Source: Thermoflexus hugenholtzii JAD2
Lineage (GTDB): Bacteria > Chloroflexota > Dehalococcoidia > UBA2979
Direction: 5' to 3'
Assembly (NCBI GenBank): GCA_945903275.1
Contig: CAMDNW010000009.1
Span: 3,036-67,035 of the forward strand
DNA: 64,000 nucleotides
Shown here: in pieces, positions 37,317 to 47,231 of the stretch
How the letters are laid out: the number at the start of each line of letters is the position of its first letter
How positions within the stretch are numbered: the first letter of the stretch is position 1
Position numbers and translations under genes: made by a program
The notes under the pieces: model-generated
The model's database searches: none
What the model was told of the DNA's origin: nothing
The model's input: the letters and a program-made list of their open reading frames with translations, nothing else

Positions 37317-38102
37317 TTACGGCACGATTTCGATCACGGCTGTCTTCCCGACCTGCCGCTGCCACCGCCAGCCCTCGCCGTTATCGAGGAACCAGATGTC
37401 CCGATGCAGCCCGTGCACCGCGCTTCCGGTGTCCGCGCAGAAATACGTACGCTTGAGCGGGTCGCCTTCGATGCGGAACCGTTGCCCCAGGTAGTCGTCG
37501 TCGCACGCCGCCGCCCCATCCCGCACGACCGAGCCATCACGCATGACCCCACAGAATCCGCCGCCGTCGCCGCGCAGATAGTTGCCCTTCGCTTCCTCGC
37601 AGTAATAGAAGGACAACGTCACCATCGGCCTATCGCCCGTCGTCAGCGCCGGCGCCACTGCCAGCCCGCGCTCTGGGTGCACCGTGCCGCCTTTGGCAGC
37701 CTCGGCCGCCACCGCCGGCACCACGTCGACCGCAACCGTGAACGGCAGCAACGTCTCTACGACGGCTTCTGTGGAGCGCCCCGCCTGCACCGGGCGCTCC
37801 ACTGCCTGCGACAAGGTCAACGGCAGCGACAGCGTGCTCTCGCCGATCCACAACCACTTCGACAGCACTGCGCTCGAGGTGTCGCGCGTCTCATGCACCG
37901 GCGTCGCGGCCTGCGTATGCCGAGGCTCAGGCGCTCCACTGAACACCCATCCGCTCAGCGCTGTGAGGATCGCGATGAGCACGCTGAGGCCAGCGACCAC
38001 AAGGCCGTGCCGCAGCGCACGTGCGCACGTTTGAAGAACTGCCCGCCACACAGGGGTGAAGTATGACCGCCCGGACCCCTCAAGTGAAGCCCAACATGTC
38101 AA
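37317..38102 (-). CDS. Membrane-anchored 3D-domain protein (MltA C-terminal / YuiC-like cell-wall-binding fold)
   Basis: N-terminal TM segment. The C-terminus has FYYCEE...GDGGGFCG...DGAAACDDDYLGQRFRIEG...CADTGSAVHGLHRDIWF, consistent with the conserved Asp pattern of the 3D domain. Confidence 0.55.
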   Translation of the reverse strand: MTCWASLEGSGRSYFTPVWRAVLQTCARALRHGLVVAGLSVLIAILTALSGWVFSGAPEPRHTQAATPVHETRDTSSAVLSKWLWIGESTLSLPLTLSQAVERPVQAGRSTEAVVETLLPFTVAVDVVPAVAAEAAKGGTVHPERGLAVAPALTTGDRPMVTLSFYYCEEAKGNYLRGDGGGFCGVMRDGSVVRDGAAACDDDYLGQRFRIEGDPLKRTYFCADTGSAVHGLHRDIWFLDNGEGWRWQRQVGKTAVIEIVP

Positions 38103-38137
38103 TGTTCAGAACATAAATACTAATCGTCTCGAAACAA

Positions 38138-39493
38138 TTATCCGCCCGAAATCAGCCCTTCGGCCCGCAAATCCCCAATCGCAGCACCGAATCCCGCGAT
38201 CGTGTCATCGATATCCGCATCCGTGTGCGCCGAGGAGGTCATGCCCCCCGTGTTCATCAAATCTACCCCGTGGTTGAACAGCGCCCACTTCAGCGGCGTC
38301 ACGAGGCTCGCCGAAACCCCTGGCGGCTCGCTCGCTACGTCCCATTCGAGGTCGCTCGGCCGCGCCATCTCGCCCGACGCCGCGAGGTTGAGATGCCAGA
38401 TCGAGGACACCGTCCATGCCGATCCCGCCACGCCGCGCTCCGCGAACAGCGCGTTCAGCCCGCGCACCAGCCGCGCCGCAGCCGCTTCCGCCCGCTCCGT
38501 CTCGCCGCCCGCTGCGATCAACCGCAGCGCCGCCAGGCCTGCCGCCGCCGTCACCGGATTCGCGTTGAACGTCCCCTGATGGGAGACGCGCCGCCCGTCG
38601 TTCCATTCCGTGTCTTCGCGCATCTCCAGCATCGAAACAATGTCTTCGCGTCCCGTGACGCACCCACCCGGCAACCCGCCCGCGAGGATCTTCGCGTGCG
38701 TCGAGAGGTCGGGCATCACGCCGTATCGTTCCGAGGCCCCACCCACCGCCAGCCGGAACCCGGTGATCACTTCGTCCATGATGAACACCGTGCCGGTCTC
38801 CGCCGTTGCCTCGCGGATCGCGCGCAGGAACGATGCCGCCATCGGGTGCGTCCCCCAGTGCGCCCCCGTCGGCTCCACGATCACCGCGGCCACGTCGCGT
38901 ACCGCCAGTGCCGATCGCAGCGCCGCTTCGTCGCCGTCAGGCAGTACCGTCAGCGAGTCGTAGAACCCTTCCGGCACGCCCACCGCATGCGGACGCGCCT
39001 CGTCGTGCTGCAACCGCCCCACCACAAGGTCGTGCCAACCGTGGAAGTGCTCGGCGAACTTGATCACCCGCTCGCGACCCGTGTACGCGCGCGCCAGCCG
39101 CAGCGCCATCATCGTCGCCTCGGTGCCTGACGAGGTGAACCGCACGCGCTCGCCGCACGGCACCATCCGCAGCACCTGCTCGCCCCACGCCAGCTCGCCC
39201 TCGTGCGACGACCCAAAGTGCGTCCCGCGCCCCAGTGCCGCCTGCGCCGCCTCGACGATCTCCGCGCGGTTGTGCCCCAGCAGCAGCGAACCGTGTCCGC
39301 CGATGTAGTCGACGTACTCATTACCGTCGACATCCCACTTGCGCGCGCCCGCCGCTCGCTCCACGTAGATCGGCCATGGCGCAAACACCCGGATGTCGTG
39401 CGTGATCCCAGACGGGAACACTCGCCGCGCCCGCTCCGCGTACGTCCGCGAACCCGCATGCAGCGCTTCAAACGTTTCGAGTATGGAGGCCAC
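38138..39493 (-). CDS. Class III pyridoxal-phosphate aminotransferase (glutamate-1-semialdehyde 2,1-aminomutase-like)
   Basis: ...DVDGNEYVDYIGGHGSLLLGH..., FIMDEVITGFR, and the ...THAKILAGG lysine region. Confidence 0.85.
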   Translation of the reverse strand: MASILETFEALHAGSRTYAERARRVFPSGITHDIRVFAPWPIYVERAAGARKWDVDGNEYVDYIGGHGSLLLGHNRAEIVEAAQAALGRGTHFGSSHEGELAWGEQVLRMVPCGERVRFTSSGTEATMMALRLARAYTGRERVIKFAEHFHGWHDLVVGRLQHDEARPHAVGVPEGFYDSLTVLPDGDEAALRSALAVRDVAAVIVEPTGAHWGTHPMAASFLRAIREATAETGTVFIMDEVITGFRLAVGGASERYGVMPDLSTHAKILAGGLPGGCVTGREDIVSMLEMREDTEWNDGRRVSHQGTFNANPVTAAAGLAALRLIAAGGETERAEAAAARLVRGLNALFAERGVAGSAWTVSSIWHLNLAASGEMARPSDLEWDVASEPPGVSASLVTPLKWALFNHGVDLMNTGGMTSSAHTDADIDDTIAGFGAAIGDLRAEGLISGG

Positions 39494-39634
39494 GGCCTGC
39501 TCCGCTCACGATCTCTCAGGACATCGAGTGTCCGGCCCGCGCGCCGCGGCGGCAACCCGCCGTCTGCCCCCGCCGCGCGTTACCTTTATATCCGCAGCCG
39601 CGTACAACGAGTCTGCCCCGAACGGAGCCACACC

Positions 39635-39934
39635 ATGACCGCACTCTCCGAGACAGCCGTGCAGCAGGCCCTCGCCAACATGCCCGACTGGCACGTCGAG
39701 GCTGGCGAGATCACCCGCCAGTTCCGCTTCAAGGATTTCGTCGAGGCGTTCGGCTTCATCTCGCAGGTCGCCGCGCTCCAGGAGCAGATGAACCACCACG
39801 CAACCATCACCAACACTTGGGCCTACGTGACCATCAACCTCTCCACCCACGACGAAGGCGGCATCACCGTCAAAGACCTCCAACTCGCCCAGAAGATCGG
39901 CGAGCGCGCCGCCGCCCTCGGCCAGCAGCCCTAG
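39635..39934 (+). CDS. Pterin-4a-carbinolamine dehydratase (PCD/DCoH)
   Basis: 99 aa, ...WHVEAGEITRQFRFKDFVEAFGFISQVAALQEQMNHHATITNTWAYVTINLSTHD... Confidence 0.8.
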   Translation: MTALSETAVQQALANMPDWHVEAGEITRQFRFKDFVEAFGFISQVAALQEQMNHHATITNTWAYVTINLSTHDEGGITVKDLQLAQKIGERAAALGQQP

Positions 39935-40455
39935 CCACGCCGCACGATTCCGTAGATCACCTCGTCCGTGAACTCGCCGTCTTTGAAGATCGCACCCAGC
40001 AACCGGCCCTCGATGTCATAGCCGGCCTTTTCCAGCACACGCGCCGACCCCGCGTTCCACCCGAACACCCCCGCATACAGCCGGTGCGCATCGAACGCCC
40101 GGAACGCATACGCCGTCGCTGCCTGCACCGCCTCCGTCATGATCCCCCGCCCCCACAACTCCTCACCCAGCCAGTACCCGATCTCCACCGACCGTCGGAA
40201 CACATCCTCACCCGCTCGCAGCCCCAGCACACCTACTGCCTGCCCCTCCACCTCGATCACAAAGCGCCCCTCGGGCGTCTCCCGCCCACTGGAACCCGCG
40301 ACCCACGCGTCGGCGTCCGCCAGCGTGTATGGATGCGGAAACGAGTCGCGCAGGTTCCGCCATACCTTCCGGTTGTTCGCGTAGTACGCAATCGACCGCT
40401 CGTCCCCCGGCTCCGGCGGTCGCAGCCTCGACTTGCTCAGTTGCAAGACCACCAT
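39931..40455 (-). CDS. GNAT-family N-acetyltransferase (RimJ/RimL-like)
   Basis: Acetyl-CoA binding motif ...IEIGYWLGEELWGRGIMTEAV... Confidence 0.8.
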   Translation of the reverse strand: MVVLQLSKSRLRPPEPGDERSIAYYANNRKVWRNLRDSFPHPYTLADADAWVAGSSGRETPEGRFVIEVEGQAVGVLGLRAGEDVFRRSVEIGYWLGEELWGRGIMTEAVQAATAYAFRAFDAHRLYAGVFGWNAGSARVLEKAGYDIEGRLLGAIFKDGEFTDEVIYGIVRRG

Positions 40456-40467
40456 GCGGGCCTCCCG

Positions 40468-41247
40468 TCACGCTTCCAGCAGCACCGCGCGCAGCCGCTC
40501 GTGCAGCGCGGCCGTCGAGGCTAGCATCGACCCCGGCCGCGCCGCGCCCCCTCGATCGCCGAGGTCACTCCGCCCGCCCCGCGCACGATCAAGTCGTCCG
40601 CGCTCATGTCCCACGCCTGCAACCCGTGCTCGTAGTACGCGTCCAGTCGGCCGCACGCCACCCAGCACAGGTCCAACGCCAGCGCCCCGCCCCGCCCCGC
40701 CCCGCACCCGCACCCGCACCCGAGGCAGCACGCGCGCCACCATAATCCCCTGCGCGGCCCGCCGCTCCGCGTCGTACCCGAACCCCTTTCCCACCAACGC
40801 CGTCGCGAGCACAACGAGGCCCGACGTCGCAATCGGCTCGTCATTCAATCGCGCGCCGCCACCGATGCGTGCGCTGAACATCTCGTCGTATACCGCCTCC
40901 ACCTCCGTCTCCTCTGCGACATCGACGCCAATCGAGACCACGAACGCCCGGTGTCGGTACAGGTAGTTCGTCGTCCCATCCAGCGGGTCGACCACCCACC
41001 GCACGCCCGACACGCCCTCCGCTTCCGCGGTCAGTCCTTTTTCGCCGAGGATCGCGTCATCCAGCCGCACCGCACGAATCCGTTCCGCGGCGCGGTCGGC
41101 GGCGCTCACCATGTCCGTGCGGCTGCTCTTCGTCGCCACATCGCTCCGCACGATTGACCGCACACACAGCAGCAACACCACCGCCTCGCAGGCCGTCACC
41201 ATCGAGAGCGTCAGCAGCGCCTCCGGATCAACTGACGCGGCGGTCAT
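40468..41247 (-). pseudogene. Inositol monophosphatase family (SuhB/ImpA-like) gene disrupted at an internal GC-rich microsatellite
   Basis: The N-terminal frame has ...WVVDPLDGTTNYLYRH... up to RVLPRVRVRVRGGAGRG. The C-terminal motifs ALDLCWVACGRLDAYYEHGLQAWDMSA...IVRGAGG are in another frame (ORF 40521..40844). The junction coincides with (CCCCG)4(CACCCG)3. Confidence 0.6.
40684..40722. repeat. Compound (GCCCC)4-(GCACCC)3 microsatellite
   Basis: Direct repeats visible at the frameshift point of the IMPase gene. Confidence 0.9.
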
Positions 41248-41720
41248 GCGGCTCGTCCGTCCACGGCTCGTTCGTCGCGCTCGCGATCACGTCGAGGATG
41301 TCCTCAATGTCGCCTTTCAATCCCTCCTCCGGATCGAGCGTCAGCGCGTGCAACATTGCCGCCTTCGCCTGCGCATACAGCGCGTCCGCGTCCTCCTCAA
41401 CCGCCTGGTCGCCCACGAACACCTTGCCGCCCTTCGGCCGCGCCAGCGCGTTCGCCACGTATTCGAGGCACCACCCCAGCGTGTACCACACCCCCGGATC
41501 GTCCGGCCGCAACTCCGCCGCCCGCTCCAGCGCCCGTAACCCGTCTGCGAACTGCCGCTTCCGCGTCACCAGCGTATTGCCGAGGTACGCCCACGCCTCC
41601 CCGAACGCCGGAGCCTGTCCCGTCAGCACGCTCGCCGCTGCCAGCGCGCCATCGATGTCGCCGCTCGCATGCAGCCCCATCGCCTGCCGCAATTCGAGGC
41701 GCGCCTCGTCATCAGTCATG
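41228..41720 (-). CDS. Tetratricopeptide-repeat (TPR) protein
   Basis: TPR-like helices (AWAYLGNTLVTRKRQFADGLRALERAAELRPDDPGVWYTLGWCL). The start is taken at MTDDEARL. Confidence 0.55.
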
Positions 41721-41857
41721 CTGCCAGTGTACCGGGGCCACACGACTGCTCTCGCCCCCACAATTTCCACACTCCCACAACATCATCCAGCAGGCGTAAA
41801 CTATCGCTGCACGCCTGATCAATCGCGGCGCGATACCGCCGAGCACACCGAGATGTC

Positions 41858-42358
41858 ATGGCCGCCATCCCCCGCGATCAACTTACCGCCGACGCTGCCT
41901 CCGCCTACGCCCGCGCCTCACGCCTGCTTGACCCGCTCCGCCTCCAGGTCTGGGAAGACCTCGGCATCACCTTCCCCCAACTCCGCATCCTCTTCCTCGT
42001 CCACCACCGCCCCGGCCGCGACCTCCGCAGCCTCGCGGATCGCCTCAGCATCGGCACCTCCGCCGCCAGCCAGCAGGTCGAGCGCCTCGTCGAACGCGCG
42101 CTCCTCACCCGCCGCGAAGACACCGAGGATCGCCGCCGCATCTGCCTCGAACTCACCCCCCGTGGCATCGAGGCCGTCGAATCCATCTCCGGCGTCTCGC
42201 GCGAGTACCTCAGCACCCTCTTCGCCAACCTCACCGACGACCAACTGCAAACCCTCACCGGCTCGCTCCGCCTCCTCATCGAGGCCGCCGCCAGCATCGC
42301 CCCGCCTCAGTTCACCCCCGAACCTGCAACAACACCCGCCGCCCCTGCTACAACCTGA
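41858..42358 (+). CDS. MarR-family transcriptional regulator
   Basis: Winged-helix ...ITFPQLRILFLVHHRPGRDLRSLADRLSIGTSAASQQVERLVERALL... Confidence 0.8.
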   Translation: MAAIPRDQLTADAASAYARASRLLDPLRLQVWEDLGITFPQLRILFLVHHRPGRDLRSLADRLSIGTSAASQQVERLVERALLTRREDTEDRRRICLELTPRGIEAVESISGVSREYLSTLFANLTDDQLQTLTGSLRLLIEAAASIAPPQFTPEPATTPAAPATT

Positions 42359-42389
42359 CCCCACTCGTCCCGTAGAATCGATAGCGCAC

Positions 42390-42465
42390 GCGCCGGTAGC
42401 TCAGGGGATAGAGCATCAGTCTTCGGAACTGAGGGTCGGGGGTTCGAATCCCTCCCGGCGCACCA
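42390..42465 (+). tRNA. tRNA-Arg (anticodon TCG) with encoded CCA
   Basis: Cloverleaf folded by hand: acceptor GCGCCGG/CCGGCGC, D arm GCTC...GAGC, anticodon stem TCAGT/ACTGA with loop CTTCGGA, T arm GGGGG-TTCGAAT-CCCTC. Confidence 0.8.
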
Positions 42466-42659
42466 ACAATTCAGCCACTTCGGACTTGGGTGACTAAGTA
42501 CCCGGGACGCCAATGGCCCTAACTTGGCCCTAATTCTCTCAGCTTGAGACGATGGCCAGCAGCGCATCGTGGCAACAATAGGTCCGAACGCACATCGGCA
42601 TCACTGTTCAGAAACGACGAAATCGTAACGGTACCGTTCCGGGTGGCAGCGTCCCTGGC

Positions 42660-43070
42660 GTGACTGTCGGTCGAGCTGGCGGACGAGGGGCCACATCTGT
42701 GGATCTTCGACGACTAGCAGGTGTGGGGCACGCACTCGCTAGTACGCCTGGCATGGGATCACTCGTCGCGTGGTACGGCGCAGGCCTGACGATTAACAAT
42801 ACCCAGTTCTCGATCGAAGCCGATGCTGCGCGAATTGCAAAACCGGTACTCATTCTCCACGGAGACCTTGACCAGCCTGGACTGACGTCATTCGCGCGTA
42901 AATTCGCAAGCGCTCGCAAGTCCGCAGGGAAGCAAGTAGAGCTCGTGATCTATCCCGGAGTTGGGCACGCCTGGGATCAGCCTCGCTCTCCGATCTACGT
43001 TTACGACGCGAATGCGACTGCCGATGCTCGATCACGAACGATTGCATTTTTTACTGCAGCTGCCCGATGA
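42660..43070 (+). pseudogene. Dienelactone-hydrolase-family alpha/beta hydrolase, C-terminal fragment only
   Basis: ...PVLILHGDLDQPG...VELVIYPGVGHAWDQ...ADARSRTIAFF corresponds to the C-terminal third of DLH. The N-terminal catalytic half is absent. It sits at the tRNA-proximal edge of the low-GC island. Confidence 0.45.
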
Positions 43071-43765
43071 AGTAGACGAGGTTCCGTCAGAACTCAGTGC
43101 TCGCCGCCGAGTTCGGCCAGGAACGAGAGGAGAAGCAGCCCCGTTTCGAATCTGAGACCAAGTGCCGGGAAGACCAGATCAGGCGCCTTCTAGGCCCTGG
43201 CCACTGAGTTCTGACAGAACTCATCCATTAGCGACCAGTCTGGCCGAACCTACGTCCGGAAGCGGACCGCCATCGAAGCAGTTGAGGCAAGTCACTTGGG
43301 AGAAGTCGCCAGTCAGGTTCCGGCGGCTTCTAGTCATGCACGGCGAGACCCCGCCGCCATCGCGATGGAGCTTGTCGACTCCCTGCTCGCCTTTCGGTTC
43401 CGGAGCAGGCAACCCTGTGAGAACAGACACTTCTCTACGGCTGGCCTGCCGGACATGCGAACAGTATGAGCGGGCGTCAAAGCCCGGACAGTCACATATG
43501 CCCTTCAGCGAACGGTCGGTTCGTAGCATCAACTCAACCGCGTGGGGCCGCGATGTATGACTCATGGAAGGAATTACGACGACTTTCTCCCACGTCGTGA
43601 TCAGCGGGGTAGGCCTGACAGTCGATGGGATACCCAGCATTGCCTCAAAGAAGCGCTTGAACAAATCCATCTCCTTCGGTGTGTCGAAACACCGACGCGT
43701 GGAATGCCGCGGAACCACTAGGGGTAGTGGTTCCGCGGCGGCGGCAATGACGAGTGACCGAGTAG

Positions 43766-46309
43766 CTAACTGACGATAGGTGCAGTCTCGTCCGCCCACA
43801 CAATGCCGGTTTCCCGAAACAACCGGATGGACGGCGCATCGTAGCTGAGCTCTTCCAGAATCGCGTCGGTCTGCTCGCCTGCCACCACGCCCGGACCGTA
43901 CCGGCCTGGAGTCTCGGAGAACGTAACGAGGGGGCCCCAGCGCTGGTAATCACCGAGTATTCGATGCTTCGCGCGGATCGCGAACGCGTTCTCCTTGATC
44001 TGCTCGGAGCGCCAGAAAAACTGTCCTGCACTCTGGAAATCGTCTGCCCGGACGCAGCCGACTCCTGCCTCCAGCAACGCGTGCTCCCATTCATCCGCAC
44101 TACGCTGTGCGAAGACCGGCGTGAGGAACGTCACAAGATCCTGTGCGTGGCTCGCGCGGCTTTCTCGATCCTTGAACCGACTGTCATTGCGCAGGTCATC
44201 CCGTTGGAGCGCAGAGCACAGGCACGCCCACATGTCGTCCGACTCCGCGCTGAGGCATACCCAACTGTCCTTCGCTCGATACAGCCGCTGCAGCGGTCCG
44301 ATTCCCATGAGGGATGAATCGAGCGTCGGACGTGCTGGCTTCCCGGCATAGGAGAGGAAATCGTCCGCGTTTGCGTACGCGTTCGCCCCAAGCATACTCA
44401 CGAACACTTCCTGCCCTGCACCGGTTCGCCGTCGGGCGTGGAGCGCCAGCATCGCCGCTGTTGCGACGACAACTGACGTGTTGGGGTCGGGGTTTGACTC
44501 GTTCGCGCGGTAGAACCGTCGCGCAGCCTCCCGCAACGCATTGATCGATGATAGATCACCTTGAGGCCAGCCTTCACCGACCTGCATCAGCGCGCCACCG
44601 TCAACTGCCCCAGGGATGGGATGCGCTGCAGGACGAGGAGCACCCTCGCCGTCAGGCCCGTAGCCGCTCACGCTCAGCCAGATGATGTCCGGACGGATCG
44701 CCTTCGCCTGCTCATACCCGATCCCCAATCGTTCGGGCACACCTGGCCGGTAGTTGTGGACGATCATGTCGGCCTGCACGACGAGGCGGCGCACGATCTC
44801 CTGACCAGCCTCGGTCTTCAGATCGATGCAGATGCTTTCTTTGCTTGCTGTCGTCTTCGAGGAGCCAAGGTATGCCGTTAAGCCCGCACCGCCCATGCCC
44901 CGCATCGGGTCGCCACCATTCGTTGGCTCGACCTTGATGACCCGAGCGCCGAGGTCTCCAAGCAGCGAGGCTCCGAGCGGAGCGGCGATGATCGTTGCAA
45001 ACTCGAGCACGGTCAGCCCAGCAAGTGGGGCGGCCCGATCGCCGGTCACCGTTCGTGTCGGCTGAGGAGCCGGGGGCTCGCCAAGCACCTCGGCGGTGTG
45101 CTCTCCTACGCGCGGTGCTGGCCGGCCGATTCGCGCCGGAGTATCGCGCAGAAGCGCGAGGGGGCCGAGCTGACGGACCACTCCTAGATCTGGGTCGGCC
45201 GCCTCAATGACTTCGCCGTTCGCCACCATGTCCGCGTGGTGTAGCCCGGTCTGTGCGGTGCCAACAAGGTCCGCCGCGACGTTGCCGCTGGCCTTGAACT
45301 CGTCCATCAGTTCGTCAGCCGTACACTCTTGTGCCGCGAGCAGCATCGCGTTCCGAATTTCCTCGCGTGCTTCCTCGGAGACGCCATTGGGCGCTCCCGC
45401 GTAGCGAGGATCAGCGAGGATTTTGTCGGCGAGGCCCAACGACACGATCGATGCCTGAAAGAGGTGCTCCAGTAGGTTGGCGAGCTGAATCCAGCGGCCA
45501 TCGGACGACATGATCGGCTGGTACCCGAGCGTGGGCTGCGCATCCGGGGAGTAGTACCGCGCAAACAGTTCGCTCTGTGCCTTCTCAGGGAAGCGCTCAA
45601 GCATCTGCTCGCGAACAAGGTTGTTGAGGTCATACGGGAACATTCCCTGCAGCAGGCTCGTCTCAACAAGTTGCCCGAACCCGCTGCGCTCGCGAACCTC
45701 GAGTGCGGCCAGAATCCCTGTCGTCGCCGACTGTGCTGCGGCGTGCGTCCCGACCTGCACCGCCTCGAAGCCGGGGCCTTCGCGCCGGTCGATGAACGCC
45801 ATCGCCCACATTCTGGCTGACTTCGCGGCGACGAGCGTTTCGTCCGCCGGGTACTGCGCATACGGCCCACGCGGACCCCAGCCAGTGACTGAACAATAAA
45901 CGAGCCCTGGATTCGCGCCCTTCAGACTCTCGTAATCGAGTCCAAATTCCTGCGCTTCGCCCGGACGGAAGGACGCCACCACGACATCCGCCGACAGCGC
46001 GAGCTGTCTCGCCGCGTTCTTACCCTCGGTGGCGCTGAGATCGAGTACGACGCTCCGTTTGCCTCGAAGCCACATTGGCGCGGCCGCATGCGCGCGAATC
46101 GGGTCGCCGCCCGGGCCCTCGATCTTGACGACATCGGCTCCGAAGTCGGCCAACACCATCGTCGCGATCTCTGCTGCACCGCCCGATCCGATCTGGATAA
46201 TTCGCAGGTCGTCGCATGGCCCAGTCAATCGGGTTGCCCTTTCTCTATTCGCCAGATGAAAGCTGGCGGAGTCAGCGGGACCCACGAAGACGCGGGTCGA
46301 GCACATCAC
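43766..46309 (-). CDS. Fused tandem family-III CoA-transferase (two CaiB/BaiF domains in one 847-aa polypeptide)
   Basis: Two repeats of the GPxxGxRVLDL...ADxGAxVIKVE N-terminal signature (LRIIQIGSGGAAEIATMVLADFGADVVKIE and LTVLEFATIIAAPLGASLLGDLGARVIKVE). Confidence 0.8.
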   Translation of the reverse strand: MMCSTRVFVGPADSASFHLANRERATRLTGPCDDLRIIQIGSGGAAEIATMVLADFGADVVKIEGPGGDPIRAHAAAPMWLRGKRSVVLDLSATEGKNAARQLALSADVVVASFRPGEAQEFGLDYESLKGANPGLVYCSVTGWGPRGPYAQYPADETLVAAKSARMWAMAFIDRREGPGFEAVQVGTHAAAQSATTGILAALEVRERSGFGQLVETSLLQGMFPYDLNNLVREQMLERFPEKAQSELFARYYSPDAQPTLGYQPIMSSDGRWIQLANLLEHLFQASIVSLGLADKILADPRYAGAPNGVSEEAREEIRNAMLLAAQECTADELMDEFKASGNVAADLVGTAQTGLHHADMVANGEVIEAADPDLGVVRQLGPLALLRDTPARIGRPAPRVGEHTAEVLGEPPAPQPTRTVTGDRAAPLAGLTVLEFATIIAAPLGASLLGDLGARVIKVEPTNGGDPMRGMGGAGLTAYLGSSKTTASKESICIDLKTEAGQEIVRRLVVQADMIVHNYRPGVPERLGIGYEQAKAIRPDIIWLSVSGYGPDGEGAPRPAAHPIPGAVDGGALMQVGEGWPQGDLSSINALREAARRFYRANESNPDPNTSVVVATAAMLALHARRRTGAGQEVFVSMLGANAYANADDFLSYAGKPARPTLDSSLMGIGPLQRLYRAKDSWVCLSAESDDMWACLCSALQRDDLRNDSRFKDRESRASHAQDLVTFLTPVFAQRSADEWEHALLEAGVGCVRADDFQSAGQFFWRSEQIKENAFAIRAKHRILGDYQRWGPLVTFSETPGRYGPGVVAGEQTDAILEELSYDAPSIRLFRETGIVWADETAPIVS

Positions 46310-47210
46310 GGATCGTATCCCCGAGCATATTGAACGACAGCACCGTCACGCTGATCGCGAGTCCGGGCAGGATAGCGAGCCACGGTGCCGACTCCATGTA
46401 CTGCCGCCCGGAGGTGGAGAGCATCAGCCCCCATGATGGGTTGGGAGGCTGAGTCCCCAGTCCCAGAAAGCTGAGGCCGGACTCTGCAAGGATGGCCCCC
46501 CCGAGCGAACCGGAAGCAAGAATGAGGATCGGAGCGACAATATTCGGCAGGACGTGACGCGCCATGATGCGGCGCGGGGTCGCCCCGAGCGCGTGGGCCG
46601 CCTCGACGTAGACGTTCGCCTTCACCGCCAGCACCGCGCTTCTCACAACGCGCGACGACGAAGGAATCGTAACGATCGCGATGGCGAGCAGTGCGTTCGC
46701 GGTGTTCGCCCCGAGGACAGATACGATTGCCATCGCAAGCACAATGGCAGGAATAGCCAGCATGCCGTCGACCGCCCGCTGTACGATCAAGTCGAACGTT
46801 CCGCCGAGGAACCCACTCACGAGCCCGAGCACGGTGCCGCTGACCGTCCCGAGCCCCACTGCGATCAGTCCGACGTACAAGGAGATGCGCGCACCCCAAA
46901 TGATCCGGGATAGCTGATCACGACCGATGTTGTCCGTGCCGAAGGGATACTTCCAACTCGGGCTGAGCAGCTTCTCGCGCGACGTGGCGATGGGGTCATA
47001 TGGCGCGATGATTGGTGCGAACACCGCGAGCAGCACCACGATAAGGATCACCGTTCCGAAGATGGCACCGACGGGATGCGTGACCACTCGGCGCAGGGCG
47101 TCCAGAGTGGGTGGAAGCGACCTGCGCGCTGCGATGCGCGCAGTGGCACTCGTGGCAGACACTGTACTTGCGGTACCTGCGCCGTCTCCGCCGCGAACCA
47201 TGTTCGCCAA
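46272..47210 (-). CDS. ABC transporter permease (DppC/OppC-like)
   Basis: 6 TM helices and an EAA-like loop. Confidence 0.85.
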   Translation of the reverse strand: MANMVRGGDGAGTASTVSATSATARIAARRSLPPTLDALRRVVTHPVGAIFGTVILIVVLLAVFAPIIAPYDPIATSREKLLSPSWKYPFGTDNIGRDQLSRIIWGARISLYVGLIAVGLGTVSGTVLGLVSGFLGGTFDLIVQRAVDGMLAIPAIVLAMAIVSVLGANTANALLAIAIVTIPSSSRVVRSAVLAVKANVYVEAAHALGATPRRIMARHVLPNIVAPILILASGSLGGAILAESGLSFLGLGTQPPNPSWGLMLSTSGRQYMESAPWLAILPGLAISVTVLSFNMLGDTIRDVLDPRLRGSR

Positions 47211-47231
47211 ACTCTGGCCCCTTTCCTGCGC

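Noticed and set aside
42307-42567. ORF overlapping tRNA-Arg on the minus strand
   Set aside because: It overlaps a well-folded tRNA and has no homology; it is spurious.
43100-43800. ORFs 43162..43560 (+) and 43221..43799 (-) inside the island
   Set aside because: They are mutually overlapping with no recognisable motifs and atypical composition. They are probably non-coding remnants at the island edge rather than genes.
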